Source: Zancudomyces culisetae HAW-14-8 (taxonomy: Eukaryota; Fungi; Kickxellomycota). Taken from it: 64,000 nt of DNA. Positions 12,244 to 24,984 of this stretch are shown here, in pieces (the stretch's first letter is position 1; every line of letters starts with the position of its first letter). The DNA lies in NCBI GenBank assembly GCA_052426225.1, contig JBNJNM010000013.1, forward strand, positions 620,001-684,000, read 5' to 3'. The position numbers and the translations under genes are program-made. The notes beneath the pieces were generated by a model. It had not been told where the DNA came from and did no database searches. It saw only the letters and a list, made by a program, of their open reading frames with translations.

Positions 12244-13450
12244 GTTTATCCGTTTCCCTGTTCGATTTAATTCTCGCCTTTATAAATACAATTTCCATAG
12301 AAATAGTGCTTTTGTGCGTTATCGATTCAAATTGAAAAAAAGAGGGAGTAGGTCCTGCTTGCCCTACATAAATCCAATTCACCTTTTTGTGGTTTTAAGT
12401 ATCGCACCTAGCCTCAAAGTGTTGTGTTTGCCTTTAACCTTAGAAATCTCGTTTTTCTCCAGCAGAGTTAAATTAAGATAGCTTTTACTGAATATATCTA
12501 TTGAGCAAATTAAATAAGCATTTACACAATTGCTGTTTTCGCATCACAATTTTTTTTCTTTCTTTACACCACCACCCACCTGGTTTGAATTTTCGCACTA
12601 AATACGCCAAATTCGTAAACCAAATTTTGAAAATTCAGCACAATTTATCTCTGATTTTTTTGTTTTTGTTTATTATTCTGTATTTTTCTCATAAATAACC
12701 TTGGCAATAACGAAAATGAATTACGAACAACAACAACAACAATCAAGTCAGTAAGTGCCAATAAAGCAGAAATTAGAAAGCAGAAAACTGGATGATTGAC
12801 GGCAAAAAAAAATATCCCGCAATAATTAAACAACATTGAAGTAGCACCACCACTCTATTTTAATGAACCCAATTTTTTTGTCTTTCGATTTTCCCATTTG
12901 TTGTTTTTATTTAACATTTACCATCTTTCAAACTCTGCACCTAGTTAGATATAGCCGTTTTGTGCCCGCCGAATAGCTCCATTCCTTTTTTCCTTTTAAT
13001 TTAAATATTTTAAATTTTCAACTTATTAATTCAGATGTTACACTATTTTTTCGCGTTAAATTGAAAATAAATAAAAAATACACAGACAAATAAACTCAAA
13101 ACTCAAACTAATATCTAAGCATCAAATATCTCTGTACAACTATTATTTCTCTTTTATTTTTTCGTTGCCATTAAACTATCGCTTTATTATGCAAAGCATG
13201 TGTTCAACAGTCAACATTAATAGAGCTTTGGCTGATATACGCGGTAGACATGCTTTGACCTTTTGCATCTCTCTCACAAGATAGGGTTACCGTAAAAATT
13301 CTATTACTCTAGTATACATTGCTTGACTCGCAATTTATTAGATCTTTACCATGCAAAAGCATTTTTACAACTATTTAAGCACAAAATACTACACCCTGTA
13401 TCTACTGTCTACTATTACAAAAAAAAATCACGAAGAATGTGCTTTTTTAC

Positions 13451-15059
13451 CTAGAGGTCACCGAGAGGTTTTGTAGGCTTGAGTTTATGTGTTTTCATTT
13501 CGGCTAACAACTCCTCCATAATCGGATTTCTTCTTGTTAAATAGCGCGACGCATCATAGCTAGTGGGCGCGGGTTTTGGTTTCTCTGTCACTCCTAACCG
13601 CGATAACGGCCTCTTAAGGCTTGATCGTGACCTTACCAGCGCATCTGGTGACAATAATATTTCGTTTTTGGTGGGTTTGACCAAAGACTGTAGAGTGGTT
13701 TCGGAAAATTCAGCCGAGGGGCTATCGAAAGTAGAACTTGGTGTTGCTGTTGAGTTGGTGCCAGGAGAAGACCCAACCAGTGTAGCATCACCTTGCGACG
13801 AGGGTGTGTTTTGCAATGAGTGTAGTGGCAGCGATGGCAATTTCAGTGGTAATGGCGATGGGGATTGTAGTTGTAGTTTTTCCGAAGAAAAAATATCACT
13901 AGATGAATCAGCCACTATACATTCGGTATCTTTGCTTGTGGACAGTGGCATATACTCATTAGACATTAACATACTGTCTCCAGAATCACAAAGACGATCC
14001 GGAAATCTGGTGCGTATACGCTTATTAAATGATGGAGAAAGTTCAGACACAAGCTCCGAATTCCTTTTATACAGATCATATACCTATTTACAGAGCGTTT
14101 TATATATACAAAAAAAGAGTTTTAGTGTTGTTAAAGTAAATAAATAAAGTTGGCTAGTAATTACACTCACCATTTTTTTGAGCGTTGTGATCTCCTGCTC
14201 TACCTTTTGGAACTGCTCTCTGTCCACATATGGTGACGTTTTCTCACCCCCTATTTCTTCGGAAATAGCAAATTTCAAGATTTTTCTCAACCACAACCAC
14301 AAACACAAACACAAACACAAACACAAACTTACCATCAGTACCGTCCGTAGTACCACTCCGCCGCCGTTTTTTTAACCTTTTTCCTGTGTTAAATATATAC
14401 GTGGTCGATGTCGAGACACCGGATTCGCTTGAGCTGTTATCAATATCTGGGTTATAGCCTTTGACTGAAAACGGATCCTCTACAACTGATCTTTTTTCCA
14501 TTGGCTCATTCGCTGGCAGCGTTCCATCCGAACTTAGATTCTCGTGGTGTTTAATAGATGTTCTATTTGAGCGCATCGTCATGATTCGCTTTTGGGACGT
14601 CTTTTTTCTATCTTTTCCAACAGTAAACTCGCGGAACAGGTCGTCTTCGGCTTTTTTTGTGTCTTCCTCGACCAAAGTATCCTGTCTTTCCATTTGCGGT
14701 ATGTTTAATATAGATTCACTCTGACTATTTTCATTTACGCTTGATTCCCCTGTTCTTGGAATTTTGAGGTTTATGTCTAGTTTTTTTTCGACTAAAGCAG
14801 TCGAATTTTCACTAAAATCTTCATTCGCTGTTTTACCCCTTTTATTCCAGGAGTCAACGCCCAACTGGGCCACATTGATCTCAACTCTACCAAGGTTATC
14901 TATCTTGGGCTTTTTCCCGGAGTTCCCGGTGTTTGCGCTTCGATTATCAACCACACTGATATTCCTTTTGTTGCTTATAAAACTCTTTGAGGCGGTGTTT
15001 GCCGAATCTTTGGCCCGTTCTATCACTTTTCCGATTCTTTCGAATATCCATGACCCCAT
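13451..15059 (-). CDS. Hypothetical Ser/Pro-rich protein; 3 exons: 15059-14333, 14250-14171, 14083-13451
   Basis: GTAAGT..AAATAG and GTGAGT..AAATAG introns join three ORF pieces in frame. Has a basic KRLKKRRR NLS-like stretch, a short coiled coil and C-terminal MEELLAEMKTHKLKPT. Confidence 0.75.
14290..14328 (+). repeat. (AAACAC)n / (AACCAC)n microsatellite inside an intron
   Basis: Direct reading; lies within intron 14251-14332. Confidence 0.85.
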
Positions 15060-16027
15060 TGTTTAATCGATTAACCCCTACAGTATTTTTGGTGTCGGTA
15101 CTAGTATCTCGAATCTATATATATATTTAAATTATAAAGAAATACAGCAAAGTGAACCTCGATATCATTTGTTCACCATCAAGTTAGGGTATATCCCTAT
15201 TATTAACCATAAAGAGTATTAGTTAATATTTTAAAGGCAGTAAAAAATGTCAAATTTTATTAGAATTCTAATCACGCAAACATTTAGATTTTTTTTGTTA
15301 AATCTATTTTGTTTATAAAATTCCCACATTTTTTTCGTTATAGAATGTAGTAATTTGGAAAAATAATGCAGAAAAATACTCATACTATTCGTGCTAAAGA
15401 TATCACCAAATTCTTAAACAAGGAATGAGCCTGATCATTGGACTGCAGTGTTTTTAGTTCAATTGTTTTCACATTTTTTGCTGCCATTTTTGCTCTAACA
15501 ATAATTGCGGACAAAATAAGGCTGATGAATAATTACATCTCATAGCTGAGTTGCACACAGAATGGCTTTACTATACCAACCTGAAAACTACTAAATTTTT
15601 GGTAAATGAAGGTTCAAGGCACTGATTGGATCAAAAATTGGGAAAATGTTCTAAAAGTAGCAGCTGGCGGGTTGGCTCCTGGTCTTTGATTTCAATCAAA
15701 CTGCATTGGCATATTTGTTATACCAAGATACTATAATAAATCTTTTGGTTTTATACTTGAATTGGTCTACACAGAACAGCAGACAAAAAGCAAAAGTAAC
15801 TAAGAGAAAATTATACTTGCTAAATCTTACACGGATCTGTTTACAATCTATTATATCTCGGTGTTTGTCACTTTCTTCATATTTTGTATACACGTTGACA
15901 ATACTGAATCGACATTTTAAAGAATTTTTTATACGAATGATTTAGTAAAGTTGAATTAATTCTCGACTAGCCCAACAGTGAGTAGACAGGATTAAAACAA
16001 GGAAGAATACAAGGAGTAGTGTTAGAA

Positions 16028-17202
16028 ATGATAAAGGCAATACTAATATTCAACAATTTTGGAAAGCCAAGACTGCTGAAATTTTATGAAAAACTGGTAA
16101 GCTTTATTTTCGTTTGCCAACGCTTGATTAAACCTATTTACTCCTCTCAGAAAAACAAAAATACGTTGTTTTACACCTTATTGTAAGGTATCCTGTTTTG
16201 TGTTTGTATCCAAGCATTTTTCGGCTGGGAAATTTCAACTCCCCGAACTTTGTCAATTTTTTTAATCTAAAATACAGAATCTACGCAGATCTAGTGCATC
16301 TAATCTACCGAAACAATCATTTGTACTACTTTTTAAAAGCCATTACACATCATTTGAGGATGTTTAACTCAACCTCAACATTTTTTAATACCAGCATCAA
16401 TTTTTTACTCATTATTTGTATTAGGATACCAATACTCAACAAAAAATCCTACAAGAAACATTCATTTTAGTTTCGAAGAAATCGTCCTTATGCAGCTTTT
16501 TGGAGGGAAGCACGAGTATTCGAGGAAGCGATACACGAGTAATATATCGGCAGTATGCCACTCTTTACTTTGTCTTTGTTGTTGACAAATCGGAAAGCGA
16601 ACTGGGAATCTTGGATTTAATACAGGTACAAGGTTTTTTTTTCTATACAAATACACATTTTAACCATCTAATCATAACTATTATACGTCGTGTTTAGGTA
16701 TTTGTAGAAACGTTAAACAGGTGCTTCGAAAATGTGTGCGAGCTTGATCTGGTAATTAAAGTTCTCTACTACTTTAGTCGTTTTTTAGTTTTCACCATAC
16801 ATTATTCACAAGAAATGTTTGACTCTTCAATATTAAACTCGTTAATTAATAATATGAACGCATCAGGTCTTTAACTTTACAGAGGTACGTAGTCTATTTG
16901 AATCTTAATTATTGTTAAGATTCACATTCCTCACTTGGTGTTGAGCCGGAATCATACTTACCGACTAAATACTTTTTCCTACTTATAATTAAAGGTGAAT
17001 TATATCCTGTCGGAAATTGTCCTTGGAGGAATGGTAAGTCACTCAGATTCTCGCTATATCACTCCTGCTTTTCTTGTATGTAAAATTATTTTTATACTGA
17101 ATATAGGTTGTTGAAACCAATATAAACGAGATTATGCGAGCAGTAAATGCTTCTAGAAAGAGATTAGCTCAATATCCACATGGCGTCAGAAGCCCGGTTT
17201 AG
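16028..17202 (+). CDS. APS3: AP-3 adaptor complex sigma subunit; 6 exons: 16028-16096, 16425-16625, 16698-16751, 16867-16884, 16995-17033, 17107-17202 (158 aa)
   Basis: Spliced product MIKAILIFNNFGKPRLLKFY...IYRQYATLYFVFVVDKSESELGILDLIQVFVETLNRCFENVCELDLVFNF...ILSEIVLGGMVVETN is typical sigma-3. Confidence 0.92.
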
Positions 17203-17449
17203 AACTTATTAGAACATTTATCCCTCAACTGTTTTTTTTTGTATTTTATTAACTTATTTTGAATATACTTGGGAAGGTGGTGATAATATTTCCTGTAAGC
17301 ATTAATACACTTTATTTACTATCGGTCACTAGAAAAGCACTGGTGATATCATACCGATATGATACAATTAACAAATACTGGTGTGAGAGTACAGTGGTAT
17401 TTGAGTTTATGGGACTGATGGTTTGTGTATTTCAAAAGTGAATAGTTGT

Positions 17450-19250
17450 GCTGAATAAACATGAGGGTTTGATGTTTATTTACTTTGGCTTGACTTTATT
17501 GGAATAACACATTCTTGGGTCCTGACCCTCAACTCTTTAAATACAATCAGTTTAACCATTATGGATATGGTAGTAGTCACGCTAACTATATGAATATTCA
17601 TAATACCAAGTCGAGCTGGGTGTATGAATGTCAATTGGGTTTGTTTCGTAATTCATAGAAATAGTGCTGTTTTTATGGCTGTACTTTGTTAAATCTGCAG
17701 TTTTGCTCGGTTATTCACATGAATTGGTTGGAGTAACATATTGTGCCAAACAACCTACTCACCAACGGGAGGAAATGCAAAGAGTGATGTTTCCTGCTTA
17801 TTTTTATACGCGTTATTCAGTATTCCGTTTTAGACGATTTTAATAGTTTCAACCAACATACCGATACAATGTTAGCATCCACTTCAAGTACTCATTGCTT
17901 GATGGAAATAAATTGGTGAATTCTAAGTGAAAAAAGCTATTTAAAAGTTTAATGTATTGTGTTCAAGGTTGTATAGCAAAGTAAGGCGGATAGATTATTT
18001 TATCAAAGCTGTTACAAAAAATAGAATGTAGTGTGACGTATTTGTTGGTAGAGAAGCCCTATTTTCCAAGAGCAGACGGAAAAAAAATAATATAAATACC
18101 TTGAAAAAAAGCAGCACATAAACATAAAGAATTACCCAAGTGTAGTAGGAATAAATAAAATCGTTAGGAACCACACTCTCCCTGCACGACCATGTGGGGA
18201 GGGGGTGAGAGAGGTTTAAAATCGATAGCTATGGATGTGGTGATAATAGAATAACAGGGCATGGTGGTGTTTGAGATATTTGCTTGATCAAAGTAGAGAT
18301 AGTTACACCGGCATTTACTATCGAGAACCAGATAGCAATACTGTTAATACGACCAAGAGTGTGGCAAAGTTACCCTTGGGTTGAACAGTGAGAAAAAGTG
18401 TGAATATACATATCCACTAAAAAAAACGAGAGATCAGCTTCTCTAAACGATAAAGTAAAATGTAGAAATGGAACACCAAATAACCTCAACAAACCTGATC
18501 GAAATACTATGTATCGATATGCCAGGATGATCGTTAGAAGTATGTGGTAAAACAAAGCAAACTAATCTGCTGTGAATGGTTATCTCAAGAATTTGTTGGA
18601 TATATTTTTGTTCAGCAGAAATGGTGGGTTGAAAGTATCACATTTATTGCTGAGTGTACGCAGTATACAAACACCAATAATATAATCAGAGATGGATGTA
18701 GCAATGCATAATCAGTATGGATACAAGTGTAATCTAGTTGCGGAGAATAAAGCAGATGCTAAACTCGGCTACAAAAATGTCAAAGAACAACTAGTAGGCG
18801 AAATGATTGCTTTATATCGAGTTGTTTAATGGAGGTGTGGGAGTTTGGTATTAATGAGTGTCGAGAGATGACAGCATATGGGATGGTGTTTAACGGATTG
18901 AGGCCATATATTTACAGGCAGATTTTAACAAGGAAACAGTACGGCAAGCAATTGATATTCAAAGAATACGCTTTAAAAAAAAAAGAAAACCAGTGCACAG
19001 CTTATCAGGCAAAGTAGCGAGTTTTTTCGATATTCAATGACAAGCCGAAAATTGTTGAAGATCCTGAAGCAAAAAATTATACATATTTCATGCTAGAGTT
19101 GTTAAGGAGGGTTATACCATATGATTCAAGGATGTATTTAGCATGTATTGCAACATTAGTTATTCAGAGAATATTGGTAATGATGAGGAGTTGAACTAGT
19201 ACAGAGAAAATTGATTGTTGTTGAGACGATTTTTAATGTCATTTTTACAA
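17450..19250 (+). pseudogene. Probable decayed coding sequence with ankyrin-like fragments
   Basis: Codon-like, G-rich stretch broken by stops and frameshifts. Fragments DYFIKAVTKN/ECSVTYLLVEK, SAVNGYLKNLLDIFL and AMHNQYGYKCNLVAENKADAK loosely fit ankyrin helices. Confidence 0.3.
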
Positions 19251-19875
19251 GTATAAGGATCTTTGGTCCTTGGTAATAATGATGGATAATTTAATAGAAA
19301 AGGAAAAAGAGAAGAAAAAAGTTAATGAATTCATTTAACAAAAAAAAAGGGGAAAGAAACGTAATAAAACAAAACGCTGGAAATCGTGTTTTGGAGTTCA
19401 GATCGCGTATATGAATGCAAAGAAGCTGCACAGCTGCGAAATTCGCGCTAGTAGCTCAAATACCCGCATACCGCCCTCATTTATAATTTTTACGAATAGT
19501 AGGTTGCCCATAGTGTCCCTCCTCTCGCTTTATACCCGCTTATTTTATTTCGAGTACGAGTTGTTAGATACTATTTAGCTTATTTATATTTTGCCTAGTT
19601 TTCTCTAACTCCGCTATCCGAGTACACAGGTTTAGAAATGCAATAAATCACATAAATTGGACAAAATTTTGGCTTATGCTTGTTCACAATCATTATTTAT
19701 TTATTTAATAATTATTTATTTTTAGCAAACTTGATCAAATAATGATTACAATGATATTCGCCCATATAAAAACACATTAATTATTGCTAGAAACTCGAAT
19801 TGCGGCGAATACTAAACTGATTTCCTGATTAAGAGTTCGGGACTTTTTTTAAAATGGGAATAAAACTTGAATAAA

Positions 19876-21260
19876 ATGAACACCAAGGATCAGAACAAAC
19901 TCAAAAAGCTGCTCGAAATTGGAGATAAAAGTAGGCAAAAGGATCTTTACGAGTTCAATGAGAATCTAAAAGCAGAGATTCGAGCTCATGGTCATCAGCC
20001 CTATGAACTAAAAAAAAATGCTCCAACAAGCGAAAAAGTTAAAAGTAGAGAAACTAAGATCATGGACATGGACTGTAACAAGTTTATATCCTTCATAACC
20101 AATGTTATCTCATCAATTTCAGGAAACGCATTTAAGGTTTTATTAATCGAGTTATGCTTTTCGGACTTTGTGCCTCCTCCAGAACATTGTGAAGAGAAAG
20201 AAATAGTCAAAGCTATAAACGCGGATCCCGAGACAAGATTTAGGGTTCCGGTTTATATTAAACCACTAAAAAACAATGGTAAATCTAAGAAAGATATCTC
20301 CACCTTCATTGCAACAGCTTTTGTGTTATTTTTAGTTCTTTTTCAGATTTCGGATTTCGGATGGGGGTATTCAACTAAATGTATAAAAAATGTAAATAGA
20401 AACTTTGAAAAGGATCGAAGCCCATGTAGTGGTTAATTCGAAATTAAGACCCCGTGCAGTGCGTGATGGTGATTTTCTTTTATATCTTCTTGAACTAAGC
20501 TTTGAGATGGTTGAGGAAAAATACAGAACCAGACTCAGTAGAGGTGAGAAATATTTTTTGTTGCATCCTAAAAATATAAGTGAGTATCTTTTAAAACATT
20601 CGTGATTTTTGTATTTAGATTTTAGTGTGATATCCTACGACATGAACTACGAAGAGTTGCCTATTGAACTTAAACAAAGGGCGAACCCTAGAAGTTCGGG
20701 TGGATATCTCCCCAGCAACAATTATGGCTTCGGAAACAAGGATGTACAGCCTAATGTAAAGATATTGGGATCAAATACCAGTTCCTCTATGTCAACCGTT
20801 TTACCTATAAGATTTTTCGACAATAATGATATTAAACACATCCGCACCTTGATGACAAACTCCAGTATCTACATAGCCTGGAATATCTCTGTGGAGGTAA
20901 GGTTTAGCTATATTATACTTGTGTATATCCCCACGTAATACTCGCCCGTTTATTCAATAAACACCTATATTTATATGCTCATCAAAAACATAAATTCAGT
21001 GGGTGGAGCTTCACCGATACTTTCTACAATAGAGTCTTGCTACTCTCAATCCGTGTATTTATAAGGATCTTGGGGCCATCTGCCTAGCTAAAACACCCTT
21101 CGTCTGGGGAAGAATCCACAATTTCTTTAATGATATTCAAAGTTCTCAAAAGGGAAGTGGAGCTGAGCTGAGGGACAATATGCGAAAAGGTTTCAAGAAG
21201 GCTGAGTGTTATTACTTCGTTCGTGATGCCTTGTTGGTTATCAAGCTCCAATTGGAATAG
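19876..21260 (+). CDS. PIH1-domain protein (R2TP/Kintoun family), divergent; 4 exons: 19876-20278, 20400-20543, 20619-20896, 21033-21260 (about 350 aa)
   Basis: KVLLIELCFSDFVPPP, FRVPVYI and HVVVNSK...FLLYLLELSFEMVEEKY..RLSR fit the PIH1-N pattern. The C-terminal AECYYFVRDALLVIKL resembles the end of a CS domain. Confidence 0.7.
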
Positions 21261-21651
21261 TGGAAACCAGGGCATAGTAGTTACGCTATAAGCGGAGCGT
21301 CTTTTTGAAATTTTACTTTGATAAGCTACCGCACACTTATATTGTGCTAATTTAATTCAGTGTCTAAGATTTATTCTATCACATGTTAAGCAAGGCTGAT
21401 GCAGTATAAAAAAAATACATGGCTCATTTGTGAGTTGCTTTTTCTGTGAGCCTAGTACATTAGAATCATTTTTTGTATTCGAAAAATTTTTTTTGGCGAA
21501 TAAAGTGCTTTCATTTCCAATATTCTGATTTCTCACTTGATTTTTATGGCTTGCAAAGCTTTATCTCTAAATTTACCATCAGCCCAGCATACTAAAAAAT
21601 AAAGTAGATTTTAACGCTAAAGTACAAACATATAGCTAAGAAACAATCGAA

Positions 21652-22005
21652 ATGCGAGTCACAAGTTTCTACTTCAAACACGTTGTTCCCATGGCGAAAG
21701 TGTGGCGGCCTCGAAAAATAGGAAGCGATATTCCAAAACCACCTGAGTTACAGCCTAGAATCGAATCTTTTAGACAGAAAATTATTCTAAGTGACGGTTC
21801 AACATTCACCCTACATTCAACATCACCGAAATCCGTGATAAAACTGGCAAAAGATACTCGAAATCATCCTCTTTGGAACCCGCAGTACAAGCTTGATCTA
21901 CAAGACGAAGGTGGCCATCTTAGCAGATTTAACAAGAAGTTTGGAGAGTATGGCAACATTGGCGAAGATTTTGACGATTTTTTAGATATTGAAGAAAAAC
22001 AGTAA
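21652..22005 (+). CDS. MRPL36: Mitochondrial large-subunit ribosomal protein bL31m (MrpL36-like)
   Basis: QKIILSDGSTF...TSPK..IKLAKDTRNHPLWNP...GHLSRFNKKFG signature. Confidence 0.85.
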   Translation: MRVTSFYFKHVVPMAKVWRPRKIGSDIPKPPELQPRIESFRQKIILSDGSTFTLHSTSPKSVIKLAKDTRNHPLWNPQYKLDLQDEGGHLSRFNKKFGEYGNIGEDFDDFLDIEEKQ

Positions 22006-23819
22006 TAATAAACACACGCATTGGTAACTATATAATTTTTTCTTGGGGGGGGGGCAAAAGCAAAAGTAAAAAAAAACTTTTTTGGTTTCTCACCACAATC
22101 TGGGCTCATTTATATCAATAGATTCTTTTTGCTTTTTCAGTGTCAGCAAAGTCTTTTTATTATAGATTTCTGTGTACTGTGCATATACCACCTTTTGTTA
22201 ATAAAAAAACTCCATCACCTGGGCGTGTGTATTGCTCTTTTTTTTTATAGAACGTATTACGGACCTACTGGGATATATGTAAAACATCGGGTGGCAATTT
22301 GCAAAAGGTTTTGACCACCTACTCTTAGAAAATGCGCCAATTTGCCTGACGCTTGGTTGCAAACACTACTATAAATGCCAATAATATATGTGGAATCAAT
22401 ATTATAAGTCATAAATATATAGAATCTACTACCACTATTTGCTGAGGTTTATATGAATGCAATGATTAAAAAAAAATGTTGTCAGTTTCGTTTTCTGTTA
22501 ATATAGCTACATTTGGTATTGTAATGATCGCTCTTTTTTATATACCTAGTTCGGCATATCTGTGGTGGTTTATACAACAAATGTGGCACCTGCTTTTATT
22601 ATGATATATATTTAAAACCACTGGTAGGGTAGTGATAGTCGTATCGTGAAATTAAAGTTGTTACTTGGTGTCTATATCGAATGTTATTGATATATGGATC
22701 TACTACCATTTGTAAACATTACTATCAGACTGGAAAATCACTATGGCCAATCTTATTGATTGCAATAGACAACACCTACCGTAATCAATGATCTATTACC
22801 ATATATAGAAGGGAAAACTCATAATAAAAGCCCATCATGGAAAAAGTTTATATCAAGCGCCTGTGCGATTCGGGAATTTTATGCCAATTGGCCTTTGATA
22901 TTTCCTTGAACCAACACTCGGTGGGTATGAAGTATCCAGAGGAGCTGAGAGGAATTGGCTAGATGAGCATTACGTAGGATTAATTTTTTATAGGTTTTTG
23001 TGGTATTTATTTAATGAATCCTTTGTTCAAAAAAATGACCTTTGAAATAATGTCTATAGCATCTAGCTATATATTTTAAACTCGGTTCACACCCAAAGAT
23101 ACTTTTCAGATTTCTATGGTAATGAAAAAATCGACCACAAAACAGAAATATGACCAGTGCCACACCAACTAGATAACCCAAATTTATCAACACACATATA
23201 TATTTTTTAAAACACCTCGTTTAGTTTGTGACGCCGAAAATTGTCTTTTTTATCTACAGACGGCAGAGGTACCACACAGCCAACTAATTTGCACACGTAA
23301 AATGTACCATTTGTGTTACCTTTCAAGTCCTTTGGAAGACTTACACGTAAAAGAGAAGGTTTGAAAACTTAAAGCATCATCAGTTTTATGCTAGTTCTAC
23401 TTGCACATATTATTTTCTTTGATGGATGTACGAATATTACAACATTACTACACCCTAGTTTGGAAATAGAGGCTTATAGTTTGGATACTACATTTAAACT
23501 ATAAAAAGAGGTAAAATAGGCTGTGATCACTGGTGAAGCTTTACAACTATCTCCTATACGCACCACCACCCTTCCCTTGTCCATTTCTTTAAGCGGGGGA
23601 GGGGGTTTGCTAGCGATTGAAAAAACAGACTTCGAAACCACTTAGGCCAAAAGAGGCCACTTCGTACTATGAGAAAATATTTTAACCACGAGGGGATGGG
23701 GGATACCTATTTGTGTTTATTTTGGTTCTTTGAGCAACTCCTGATGGTTATGGGAGACTCCTAGATAAATGAAAAATGATTGGTTAAATGGTTATGATAT
23801 AGGATTATTTTCACGTCAT

Positions 23820-23849
23820 TTTACTTGATATTTACTTGATATTTACTTG
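23820..23849 (+). repeat. 11-bp tandem repeat (TTTACTTGATA) x about 3
   Basis: Direct reading. Confidence 0.8.
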
Positions 23850-24624
23850 GCAGATCCATCATGTAAAAAAAATTTTTATTTTGGCGTGAAACGAAAACAT
23901 CAATGAAACATAATCGTCGTTTGTAATATTAACTATATAGGGGGTAACATGAAATATCTATAATAAAATGCAAGTATATTTTAGCCACCAACACAGCCTT
24001 CTTTCTTGAAGAAACGTGGCTAGTTTTGTTAGAGCGTTCAATATATAGCAAACACCATAATACAAAATAGTCGGTAATACTGGCAATAGCAATGAAGACG
24101 AGGGTAGGAACGGCGGTGGCGATGGTAGTCGTGGTAGCGATGGCAATAGTAATAGTGCTAATCAAAAAACTAGGTACAATAGTAAGGAAACTGGGCGTTA
24201 AGAAAAATACTATCTGTTTCTTCTTCCTCTAGAGCACAGTGGACATGTACACTCTCTTTCGTTTATTTGGCAGTTGAGGTTGGTAAAGTTGCAAAACTTT
24301 TCACTGGAGTTCCCGGCACACCCTTTCATGATTTCTAACTAACCTTGAGAAGAATTTAGAGTATCTTTCGTACTGAGTTGAAGTAAATCACAAACAGAAT
24401 AGTTTATTGTTTTAGTATTTATATACAAAACCTAGTTAGTCTTTTAAAAAAAATGGGTTACAAGTTGATCAGCTCAAACTCGGGTTTTTATAGCAAATAT
24501 GGATTTCTGTTTTTTCCATGTAAACAAGCTCTGTCTAAGCTGCAGGTTGATTTAGTTGTGTATTAGAGAGAAATTGTGTAATCAGTAGGTTGGACCTTCC
24601 CAAAAAAAAAAAAAGAGTAAAATG

Positions 24625-24655
24625 ATGAGCAATGAGCAATGAGCAATGAGAAATG
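24625..24655 (+). repeat. (AATGAGC)n heptamer tandem repeat x about 4
   Basis: Direct reading. Confidence 0.8.
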
Positions 24656-24934
24656 ATGGTAAATAAAAACGTTTTACTAAACATGGCTTTTAATTAATCA
24701 CTTTGTACCAAACTAAAACAGTTAGATTAATTTTTTTTGTAGAAAATCAATTGCTTAAGGTGTCTCTAGTAATTAGCTTGGTTTATTAAGGAAATTTCGA
24801 GAATATAAGTTTTATGCTATTATTTATTTCAAGCCATTTAGAAAAGAACCCGATGTTAAAAATGTCTGTTTATAAATTTAAAACCAGAACAGAATGAATA
24901 GGATAGCCGAACCAAATATAAAAACACACATTCA

Positions 24935-24984
24935 TACACACGCACACACGCACACACGCACACACGCACACACGTACACGTACG
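24935..24984 (+). repeat. (CACACACG)n microsatellite x about 5
   Basis: Direct reading. Confidence 0.85.

Noticed and set aside
19445-19480. tRNA-like start GCGCTAGTAGCTCAA
   Set aside because: No D-loop GG, no T-arm GTTCRA and no cloverleaf.
24070-24165. Hydrophobic or Gly/Asn-rich mini-ORFs on both strands
   Set aside because: Degenerate triplet repeat bounded by stops, with no start or splice context.
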